NCBI GenBank assembly: GCA_020348925.1
Contig: CP070758.1
Coordinates: 2,020,030 to 2,084,029 of the forward strand
Direction of reading: 5' to 3'
DNA: 64,000 nt
Source: Gemmatimonadota bacterium
Lineage (GTDB): Bacteria; JBHIER01; G020348925
A program made the translations under genes and the position numbers. Shown piece by piece: positions 55,863 to 64,000 of the stretch; position 1 is the stretch's first letter, and each line of letters starts with the position of its first letter. The notes beneath the pieces were generated by a model that was not told the origin of the DNA, searched no databases, and worked only from the letters and a program-made list of their open reading frames with translations.

Positions 55863-56793
55863 TCAGTCAATCATCAAGAGATACGAGGACAACCCCATTC
55901 TATCGAAGAAGGACGTACCGTATCCAGTCGAGACCGTCCACAACGCCGGTGTGGTCAAACACAAGGGCCGATACGTGATGCTCTTCCGATCGCATCTAAG
56001 AAACGGCCGTTCAATCATCGGGCTGGCTGAGAGCGATGACGGTTTCCATTTTAACGTCGGACCTGAACCGTTTATGACTCCTGCTTCCAGGGAGCCATTC
56101 GCCACGTATGAGGAGTTTGGGGTGGAAGATCCTCGCATTTGCCCCCTTGGTGGAGAATACATCATCACCTACAGCGCTTACTCCAGACACGGTGCCCGGA
56201 TCGCTTTGGCCAGGACCAGAGACTTCCAAACAGTGGAACGGGTGGCGTTGATTACACAGACGGATTACCGCAACGCCGTCATCTTTCCCGAAAGATTCGA
56301 TGGGTACTATGCCCGGCTCGACCGGCCTCAGTCGGAAATGTGCCCCTGGTCCATCTGGATCTCCTACTCGCCGGACCTCGTTCATTGGGGGAAATCCAAA
56401 GTCCTTATAAAGCCCTTTGCCTATCACTGGGACGAGATGAAAATCGGCCCGGGGGCAACACCGATAAAGACGCGCGAAGGCTGGCTGAACATCTTTCATG
56501 GTGTTTTTAAAACTATGGATGGAGCGATCTATCGATTGGGTGTCGCCCTTCACGCCCTGGACGACCCTTCCCAGGTTCTCGGAGTAGCCGATGAGTGGAT
56601 TCTCCAGCCCGAGGATCCTTGGGAAGTAATCGGTTACGTTCACAACGTCGTTTTTACCTGTGGGGCGGTGGCCGAGGATGATGGATCGATCAAGATTTAC
56701 TGGGGCGGCGCGGATACGGTGATGTGCGTCGGTACCGCTCGAATCGACGACCTGATCGATGTGTGTCTTTCCAGATCGCGACCGGCCCTGTGA
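55849..56793 (+). CDS. GH130 family mannoside phosphorylase/hydrolase
   Basis: RYEDNPIL, VHNAGV, GVEDPRI, KIGPGATPIKT, GYVHNVVFTCG, IYWGGAD; start at MAESDQ after a GGAGGA RBS. Confidence 0.9.
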   Translation: MAESDQSIIKRYEDNPILSKKDVPYPVETVHNAGVVKHKGRYVMLFRSHLRNGRSIIGLAESDDGFHFNVGPEPFMTPASREPFATYEEFGVEDPRICPLGGEYIITYSAYSRHGARIALARTRDFQTVERVALITQTDYRNAVIFPERFDGYYARLDRPQSEMCPWSIWISYSPDLVHWGKSKVLIKPFAYHWDEMKIGPGATPIKTREGWLNIFHGVFKTMDGAIYRLGVALHALDDPSQVLGVADEWILQPEDPWEVIGYVHNVVFTCGAVAEDDGSIKIYWGGADTVMCVGTARIDDLIDVCLSRSRPAL

Positions 56794-56940
56794 ACCATAA
56801 TTTCCCTGATGAACATGACTTAATCCCACATGCACACGAAGGAGGCTCTCAAGTCAAGGATGAGATTTCATTCTCGGTACCATTGCTGGTCTGACACGGT
56901 GTGAAGCGGAAGGGTGAGTGGAGTGAACAGTTTCGTTCAG

Positions 56941-56966
56941 ACCTTACACAGAGATCTCTGTAAGGT
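56941..56966. repeat. Short intergenic palindrome (REP- or operator-like)
   Basis: accttaca-cagagatctc-tgtaaggt. Confidence 0.4.
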
Positions 56967-57094
56967 GCGCCCTCAGGCCAAAGATGTACCTGCTTTTTAA
57001 GAGGTACAACCCAGAAGGTTTTTTCTGCCCGATCAGGATCTATGTGCTTTTGGATTATTCATAATGCATCTTCATCGAAGTGGTTTCATAAAAG

Positions 57095-59374
57095 ATGAGG
57101 TCATCGAACTTCAAAGTGCAGATCAGATGTATCGCTTGTGCGGTACTGATTGCCGGATCAGGTCTCGTAAAGGTGTTTGGACAGCAGATTGATGTTGACC
57201 GTATTGAGATGATGCCGAATAGTCCCTCACCGTATGAGATGCGAGATTGGAGGCAAGTTGCCTTGGGCTACGAGAGCTTTGTTTTCGATTTCAATCTGAC
57301 AGGTCAATATCTTCCCCTCATTTGGTGGAGGACACATACGATAAATTATCCTCATCACGACAGTTTCGGATTACATACTGTTGTCGGTACACTTTCTCCC
57401 AATTCATCCGAGGCAATTAATCTGTTACCTGCGGTTATCGGTGCCAGTCTGGTTGGTATTGACAAAAGCGACCAGAATGGCAACAACTGGGTTCTTATGT
57501 GTGAAGAATACTTTAACAGAAGGCCTGAGGAAAACGTGTATTTTAATCATCCTTTCTCCGCCAGCGGGAGTGATTGGTGGTACGATATAATGCCAAATGT
57601 TTTCTTTTACCAACTTTATGATCTCTATCCTCAGACGGGTGATTTTGCATTTCAATTCACGACGGTCGCGGATCGCTGGTTGGAGGCGGTGGTCGCTATG
57701 GGCGGCGGTACTGCACCCTGGCAACGCCCGTATATGAATTATCGGGCCTGGTCTCTTTCGACGATGACTCCCAATGCTGCAGGTGTGCCAGAGCCAGAAG
57801 CCGCAGGAGCCATCGCCTGGCTGCTGTATCATGCATTTGCCGAAACCGGGCAATCCCGATACAGAATCGGTGCAGAATGGGCCATGGAGTTTTTAAACAG
57901 TCTGACGACGAATCCTTCGTATGAACTGCAGCTGGCTTACGGCGCCTATATTGCGGCGCGCATGAATGCCGAGATCGGAACCGCTTATGATGTAGAGAAA
58001 ATAGTCAATTGGTGCTTCGATGTCGGTCCGCTTCGTCAGTGGGGTGCAATCGTCGGCACATGGGGAGGGTACGATTGCCATGGCTTGATCGGAGAGGTGG
58101 GTGACAACGATTATGCTTTTATTATGAATACGTTTGAACAGGTTGGCGCCCTGGTTCCAATGGTACGTTATGATGATCGATTTTCCAGGGCTGTTGGTAA
58201 GTGGGTACTCAATGCGGCCAACGCCGCACGGCTGTTTTATCCCAACTATTTGCCGGATGTGAATCAAGATAGTGAGGAGTGGTCACATCAATACGATACA
58301 AAATCGGTGATTGCTCATGAAGCCATGCGGGAGAGGGCCCCCCATATTTCAACCGTTCGTCCTTATGCGACAGGTGATGCCATTGATGGAGACTGGGGAT
58401 TGACAAACCTGGCTCTGTACGGATCGTCTCATGTTGGAATCTTGGGAGGCATAATCGACACAACGAACGTGAAAATGATTCTTCAATTGGACGTTTTAAA
58501 AACCGACTACTTCCACGATGTGGCTTATCCAAGCTATCTCTATTTCAATCCGTATGAAGATGCTCGGATTGTGGAAGTAGACATTGGCAGCGGTATGCAT
58601 GATGTGTACGATGCTGTTTCGAATAGTTTTCTGGCAATGGGTGTGAGTGGTAGCACATCCATCACCATCCCCGGAGATCAAGCGGTTCAGTTGGTCATAG
58701 CACCAAACGGTGGGAACGTCTCGTACAAACTGGATCACATGTTGATTGATAGTGTGGTTGTGGACTATCGATCCGGTCAACAGGTGAGTAACTATCCGCC
58801 TCGGATAAAAAGTTTAGCCAGTGAATCTGATACCGTAATGACAGAAAAAACGGTGTGCCTTTACTGCACAGCGGAAGACAGAGATGGTGATCCATTGGCT
58901 TATACATGGAATGCTGAAAACGGAACGATGAACGGAGACGGTGCGGTGGTTCAATGGACCGCTCCCAACACTGGAGGCAGTATTCGCGTAAATTGTCAGG
59001 TCAGTGATGGAAATGGTGGTTTCGATAGCGTAAGCCTGATCATTCATGTTGTAGATAACGTGGGTCTTGCTTCTGACATGAATGATATTATTCCCAAAGA
59101 GAACAGACTCTATTCGAATTATCCTAATCCGTTTAACCCGTATACGACGATTCGGTACGATCTCCAAAAAGATTGTCACCTGAACTTGAAAATATGTAAC
59201 GTACTTGGACAGGGAGTCCGAATGCTTGTTGATAAGATCCAAACTGCGGGCGCCAAACAAGTGCAATGGGATGGTTGTGATGATTCAGGAAAACAGGTTT
59301 CAAGCGGTATATACGTTTATTGGCTTAAGGCTGGCGATTTTGTAGATGCGAAAAAAATGATATTTCTGAGATAG
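57095..59374 (+). CDS. Secreted uncharacterised protein (aromatic-rich helical core, possibly glycan-active) with PKD/Ig-like and T9SS-like/FlgD C-terminal domains
   Basis: Signal peptide; ~550-aa W/Y/D/E-rich core (MPNSPSPYEMRDWR..., GSDWWYD, PSYE); AEDRDGDPLAYTW...VSDGNGG; LYSNYPNPFNP...WDG...SGIYVY..KKMIFLR. Confidence 0.7.
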   Translation: MRSSNFKVQIRCIACAVLIAGSGLVKVFGQQIDVDRIEMMPNSPSPYEMRDWRQVALGYESFVFDFNLTGQYLPLIWWRTHTINYPHHDSFGLHTVVGTLSPNSSEAINLLPAVIGASLVGIDKSDQNGNNWVLMCEEYFNRRPEENVYFNHPFSASGSDWWYDIMPNVFFYQLYDLYPQTGDFAFQFTTVADRWLEAVVAMGGGTAPWQRPYMNYRAWSLSTMTPNAAGVPEPEAAGAIAWLLYHAFAETGQSRYRIGAEWAMEFLNSLTTNPSYELQLAYGAYIAARMNAEIGTAYDVEKIVNWCFDVGPLRQWGAIVGTWGGYDCHGLIGEVGDNDYAFIMNTFEQVGALVPMVRYDDRFSRAVGKWVLNAANAARLFYPNYLPDVNQDSEEWSHQYDTKSVIAHEAMRERAPHISTVRPYATGDAIDGDWGLTNLALYGSSHVGILGGIIDTTNVKMILQLDVLKTDYFHDVAYPSYLYFNPYEDARIVEVDIGSGMHDVYDAVSNSFLAMGVSGSTSITIPGDQAVQLVIAPNGGNVSYKLDHMLIDSVVVDYRSGQQVSNYPPRIKSLASESDTVMTEKTVCLYCTAEDRDGDPLAYTWNAENGTMNGDGAVVQWTAPNTGGSIRVNCQVSDGNGGFDSVSLIIHVVDNVGLASDMNDIIPKENRLYSNYPNPFNPYTTIRYDLQKDCHLNLKICNVLGQGVRMLVDKIQTAGAKQVQWDGCDDSGKQVSSGIYVYWLKAGDFVDAKKMIFLR

Positions 59375-59654
59375 GAATTCCTGTGATTCCTATTTCGAGA
59401 AGATATCAGAGCTTCGTGGAGTCATCTGTCGGACGAAGCTTCGGGGACAATGTCGGTGGTCCGGATAGTATTGATAACGTCGGAAAAACCTCACCTTTCA
59501 GGTGGGGAGAAATCGACACATTACGCAGGAATTCTTGGGGGACGTGCAATCCCCTTAGTCTGGATTTTCAAAAGGGGATGTGTTTCCTATTCTTTCGATA
59601 CATAATCATTTTCGGAAGGCAAGGTCCAATGCACCGTCGATCATGGGAAAACGC

Positions 59655-62243
59655 TTAATAGTGCACGACTACTGTATCACTGATTGACTGGTGAGAAAAG
59701 GATATGCTCAGCCGGTAAATATCATCATCCCGCTGAAAATTCAAACCGTCTTTCAATTCAATCCCGTTAACGAATACTGATTTTGGCCGCCAGGGTGAAA
59801 TGATGTCTGTCGTATTTCGATGGCGTGGAAACGCTTTGAGATCCATGGACAGAGTCTTTTCCTTCCTGTCGTAATTACTGGAAAGAAGTATTGAAGTAGT
59901 GCTCGCAACATATGGACAATTCGGGGTTCCGAGCGCGATATCGATTTTCCTGCTGAGTGCTTTCTCCTCAGGGATAACCGCCGATGGATACGTTGTATCA
60001 TCGTATTGTATGCTGCTGATGTAGGGACCTGAGCCGACAGTACTCACTGTTACAAGCCTGCCTCCGACGAAGAGACTATACTGAGATTTTTGTTGACCCT
60101 CAAATAAGAAGGGCTCAAAACTTATGTTCCATTCATTTTCACGGACTCCTAACAGATTGTACAGACTGTAGAGATACCATCCGGCGGCCCATAAAAATTG
60201 AGGTTTATCCACTTTTCCATATGTGGTGGAATCCCGGTAATTGCTGTTTCGGTATTCATACATGGCGGGTTGCCCGTTGGGACTTTTCATAATTCCTTCG
60301 AGCGTCATTGTGTTTTTCATGAAACGAAGCGCCTCTGCCTTTTTGTCGGCGGAAATTAATGCGAGAGTATACCAGGCGTTCCCGTGGGGCCAAATCCCTC
60401 CGTTCATGTAAACAAAGGGATCGCCTGCTTCATTCCCGCTGAATGTGAAGAAATCAGTGAGGAGGTGGAAATCCATCGGGAACGCATTGTATATTCCCAG
60501 TTTTTCATCAAGGAGTTTATTACTTGCTGTTTGAACCAGGGCTCTTTTCCTGTCACTGTCTATTAGATTAAAATGTGCGGCAAGAAGAGAACCGATATAT
60601 ACGTGCGAATCTTTATTGCCATCTTCTAAGTAATTGATGAGGTAGTTTTGATCCGTATCCCATAATTTCTCATTCAACTGCTTTTGCATATGAGAAGCGA
60701 TATCCTCATAATAGGATACCTCAGATACATTCCTATTGAGAACAGTGGAAATGTAGGTAAATTCTCGTAAGGCGCGGATGGCCAAAAGAGTCATGTAGGA
60801 TCGAGGGCCGAGACTTTTACCAATGTCCCACCAATCGGGACGATACGCCCATATGAGATCATTTTCTCTTTTGTTCGTCATGACGAGTTCAATACTCTTG
60901 GATATGTACGGATAGAGATCCTCAAGCATTTTCTTGTCATCGGAATGACGCAGGTACCTCGCAGACAAAAGGACAAACCAGAAGTGATTCCAATTGTCCG
61001 CTCCTGCAAACTCAGTGGCGTAACGGTCATCTTTCCAATAATACGCGTGGGGGATTATCTGACCGTCGGCGTGTTTGACGATGAACGTGAGATCCCTTTT
61101 CACGCGGGTAATATCGAAGTGAATGGCCGCCAGATCGGTCAGGAGAACATCGTGAGTGAAGTAAAAATTGTATTCTGCCGGGCAGGGCATAGGAACGATC
61201 TGTCCATCGAGATAATGGGCATTTGCGGCGAGAATCGCTCTGGCCCAATGAGCCGAATGATCGATTGAAGTGTCTCCCGTCTCTATCTGTCCCTCGCGAT
61301 ATGCACCGTTCAGTACAAACTGCTCATACGAACTTGTGTCCTGCACATAGTTATTCAATAAGTAACTCACCGTATCTCTTCCCTCGCCCGTGCGGCAGGA
61401 ACCGATGATCTGCACAACCGTCATCTTTTGTCCAGGAGCCAGGTTCCGTCTGTAAACAAATGCTGCAACGGGCCGTTGTGGAGAGTCTCTATTGATGATC
61501 TCTCCAGGAAGCGCTGTCGTTGTGTTCATCCACCAGTGTGTATTTGTCAACGGAGGTCCGATCGTCTCACCATTGGTGGTAAAGCTTCTCGGCGATTCTA
61601 CGGCATTGGCCACGAAAATCTGGGCATTTCCAGTTTCGGAATCATCATAATTGATATAGATGGTCGATCCCGTTGTATCATATTCGGTCCAGGCCTTATC
61701 CTTCAGTGCGTATGTATGGCTCGTTTTGAGTGAGGCCTCCAGATGAGTACACAGCTCGAAAAGCTCTGGCTGTCTCGAGTTATTTGTTATTTCGATTCTC
61801 GCAACCATCGCGGGCTTGTTTTTGCAGAATTCGTACGAGATCTCGATGATAGTTTCAGTGTCCTTTTTGTAAAAGACAACCGAATAGGGCGTGAGCTGAT
61901 ACTCATAGGGCTCGAGCCCAATCCACTGTTTTGCTCCATCTCCAATTTTTAAACCGACACACATTGAGCGAAATTGATCGCGATGCCAATAGTCGGTACT
62001 CGGATCGATGCTGTTCGCCACAGGGTAGAAAAAGCTGATTCGGTTTAGTAGTGGCGAACTGTTGTGCATTGCGATGCCGACGAAAGGTCCGCCCACCTCA
62101 ATCTGTGCATGCTCACTCTTAAAATTAATTTTCAACGCCTCATACAGAAAATTATCCCTTTGTCGACTACTACAAGAAAAAAAGAGTATTACAGTCACAA
62201 CTGATATTATAGAAATAAATAATCCGTATCGTGTTCTCAACAT
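59655..62243 (-). CDS. Putative lipoprotein glycoside hydrolase/phosphorylase with a six-hairpin (alpha/alpha)6 barrel (amylo-alpha-1,6-glucosidase-like)
   Basis: Lipobox-like ILFFSC; N-terminal beta-rich domain followed by a helical domain with YFTHD, PDWWD, LNEKLWD, YMNGGIWPHGNAWY, MYEY, QFLWAAG. Confidence 0.6.
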   Translation of the reverse strand: MLRTRYGLFISIISVVTVILFFSCSSRQRDNFLYEALKINFKSEHAQIEVGGPFVGIAMHNSSPLLNRISFFYPVANSIDPSTDYWHRDQFRSMCVGLKIGDGAKQWIGLEPYEYQLTPYSVVFYKKDTETIIEISYEFCKNKPAMVARIEITNNSRQPELFELCTHLEASLKTSHTYALKDKAWTEYDTTGSTIYINYDDSETGNAQIFVANAVESPRSFTTNGETIGPPLTNTHWWMNTTTALPGEIINRDSPQRPVAAFVYRRNLAPGQKMTVVQIIGSCRTGEGRDTVSYLLNNYVQDTSSYEQFVLNGAYREGQIETGDTSIDHSAHWARAILAANAHYLDGQIVPMPCPAEYNFYFTHDVLLTDLAAIHFDITRVKRDLTFIVKHADGQIIPHAYYWKDDRYATEFAGADNWNHFWFVLLSARYLRHSDDKKMLEDLYPYISKSIELVMTNKRENDLIWAYRPDWWDIGKSLGPRSYMTLLAIRALREFTYISTVLNRNVSEVSYYEDIASHMQKQLNEKLWDTDQNYLINYLEDGNKDSHVYIGSLLAAHFNLIDSDRKRALVQTASNKLLDEKLGIYNAFPMDFHLLTDFFTFSGNEAGDPFVYMNGGIWPHGNAWYTLALISADKKAEALRFMKNTMTLEGIMKSPNGQPAMYEYRNSNYRDSTTYGKVDKPQFLWAAGWYLYSLYNLLGVRENEWNISFEPFLFEGQQKSQYSLFVGGRLVTVSTVGSGPYISSIQYDDTTYPSAVIPEEKALSRKIDIALGTPNCPYVASTTSILLSSNYDRKEKTLSMDLKAFPRHRNTTDIISPWRPKSVFVNGIELKDGLNFQRDDDIYRLSISFSHQSISDTVVVHY

Positions 62244-62342
62244 TGTATGTCCTTGTTAGAGAAATGCTCAATATTTGTGTCCATCTTTAAATCTATCTTT
62301 CGATTGAGGGTTTGACATTAACAACCTCTCTTTTCAAACCGT

Positions 62343-62371
62343 AATGTACAAAATTATTATCACACCGTCAA
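62343..62371 (-). promoter_or_regulatory. Putative sigma70 promoter
   Basis: TTGACG-N17-TACATT about 100 bp upstream of the 62243 start. Confidence 0.5.
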
Positions 62372-62687
62372 GGGCAACGATGTAGTTTCGACTCTGCGAC
62401 TCAACCCAAAAATGTCAACGATATAGAGAATATTACATGAGATTCGATCCCCTGGTAACCATCTTATTACGCTTTCATTAGATAATGGAGGTGATTTCTG
62501 TGATTCTTGCGAGTAACATTGACTTTTTAGCTAAAATCCAACGTGTTGATTATCTGTTATGTAGAAAGTCAAGAGATTTCTTGACGATTTTTTCGGACAG
62601 GGTGTACTCCTTCCTGAGATGTTGGTGAGACATCGTCTGGTTTTTCTTGTTCTCTGAAAAGTGCAAACCCGCTAAGCACCCATCATA

Positions 62688-62787
62688 NNNNNNNNNNNNN
62701 NNNNNNNNNNNNNNNNNNNNNNNNNNNNNNNNNNNNNNNNNNNNNNNNNNNNNNNNNNNNNNNNNNNNNNNNNNNNNNNNNNNNNNN
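62688..62787. other. Assembly gap / contig join (100 N)
   Basis: Run of exactly 100 N. Confidence 0.98.
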
Positions 62788-62789
62788 TG

Positions 62790-64000
62790 GTGGTGACCGA
62801 TGACAGCGGGACGCCAGGTGTGCCTGGGGATGATTTCAACCCGACTTTTATTGGTGGGGATACGAACGGCAACAGCCAGTTGGATGTGGGGGAGACGTGG
62901 ACGTATGAGGCTGGTGGGACGGCCTCGGTGGGTCAGTATGTAAATTACGGGACAGTGACAGGGACCGATCCTGTGGCCGGGGAAGTGGTGGACAACGATC
63001 CCAGTCATTATTTGGGGATTCAGCCCGGATTGGTGGTGACAAAGAGTCTTATTGATCCGGCTGGCGGGACAGCGGCATTGGGTGATGACGTCACCTTCCG
63101 TATCACAATGCAGAATACCGGAAATACGACCATCACCCTTCTCCCGATGAGAGACGATTATCCGGAGACGTGTTTGACACCGGTGAGTGCAACCGTACCA
63201 TGGAGCAGCGATAATGGATCAGTATTGACCTGGAACAATCTGGGATCATTGGCTCCCTCGAACAGTACCATCATTGATGTGACGTTCAATGCTGGTGCGG
63301 CGTGTGATCCGGCCACGAACGTAGCCATCGTGGATCAGGCCAGTGACGAGCACGGGACGCCTGTTCCACCAAACCAGGACGATGCGAACCTGACGGTTAC
63401 GATACCTTCTGCCAGTTACCTCTTGACGAAAACTCTCGTTTCACCTTCTGATGGGACGGCCCAAGTGGGTGAGATGATTGTTTTCCAGATTTCGATAACG
63501 AACACCGGCGGATCGACGATGACGGCTGTGCCGCTCAGCGATACGTACAATCCGTCGTGTCTCGGATATATCTCGGCGTCGGTCGCACCCAGCAGCCAAT
63601 CGGGGGGATCGATTGAATGGACCAACCTGGGACCTCTCACTCCCAGTGCCAGTATGACAGTGACTTTAGGTTTCACGGCCCTCAGCCCCTGCGGGGCGAC
63701 CGTGAATACGGCCGCGATCAACGGGGTCCAGGATGAATACGGGACGCCGTTGCCCTCTCAACAGAAAGCGGCCTCAGTGATCATCTCCTGTAACGATCAG
63801 GACGGGGACGGTGTGTGTGACGATGCGGACAATTGTCCAACAGATCCGAATTCTGCGCAGACCGATACAGACGGCGATGGTCTGGGTGATGCGTGCGATC
63901 CCTGCCCGTACGATGCATTTAACGATTACGACGGCGACGGCATCTGCGCCGATGCGGACAATTGCCCGACAATAAGCAATCCCAACCAGGCCGACAGCGA
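62790..64000 (+). CDS. Internal fragment of a large surface protein with DUF11-like Ig repeats followed by TSP3 repeats (no start or stop in window)
   Basis: Not in the ORF track. Frame from 62790 reads VVTDD...[17 protein letters not shown]...VTKSL...[15 protein letters not shown]...LTKTL...[15 protein letters not shown]...[33 protein letters not shown]. Confidence 0.85.
   Translation, partial: MVTDDSGTPGVPGDDFNPTFIGGDTNGNSQLDVGETWTYEAGGTASVGQYVNYGTVTGTDPVAGEVVDNDPSHYLGIQPGLVVTKSLIDPAGGTAALGDDVTFRITMQNTGNTTITLLPMRDDYPETCLTPVSATVPWSSDNGSVLTWNNLGSLAPSNSTIIDVTFNAGAACDPATNVAIVDQASDEHGTPVPPNQDDANLTVTIPSASYLLTKTLVSPSDGTAQVGEMIVFQISITNTGGSTMTAVPLSDTYNPSCLGYISASVAPSSQSGGSIEWTNLGPLTPSASMTVTLGFTALSPCGATVNTAAINGVQDEYGTPLPSQQKAASVIISCNDQDGDGVCDDADNCPTDPNSAQTDTDGDGLGDACDPCPYDAFNDYDGDGICADADNCPTISNPNQADS

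Overview
The window is a scaffold of six contigs joined by five runs of exactly 100 N (4392-4491, 10896-10995, 26042-26141, 44646-44745, 62688-62787), so adjacency across gaps is not evidence of linkage. The organism is a diderm bacterium. YPNPFN-type C-terminal sorting domains, dockerin-like modules, a PorV/PorQ-like barrel and E. coli-style TTGACA/TATAAT promoters suggest (inference only) a non-Bacteroidetes FCB-group lineage such as KSB1, Zixibacteria or Latescibacterota. Contig 1 is part of an extracellular contractile injection system (sheath, tube, baseplate-like protein, DUF4255/Pvc16, AAA ATPase). Contig 2 holds a secreted GH13 alpha-amylase, tRNA-Gly, miaA and a partial mutL. Contig 3 holds a beta-helix/dockerin secreted protein, a membrane Ser/Thr kinase-TPR, and a striking co-directional trio: a membrane-anchored 1135-aa protein with three nested levels of repeats, an HEXXH peptidase/propeller/beta-barrel protein and a PrsW protease. 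Contig 4 holds a dif-like Xer site followed by the housekeeping block tRNA-Arg, proS, rimP, nusA, ylxR, infB, DUF503, rbfA, truB, ribF, rpsO, pnp, M16 peptidase, ald, asnS and leuS. Contig 5 holds a TonB-dependent receptor, two paralogous surface proteins with an atypical C-terminal domain, a PorV/PorQ-like barrel, a GT4-cupin fusion, GH130 and two putative glycan-active proteins. Contig 6 is an internal fragment of a DUF11/TSP3 repeat surface protein. The best candidate for an undescribed system is the repeat protein + peptidase-barrel + PrsW trio (18118-25903). All family calls come from motif recognition by eye; no database searches were run.
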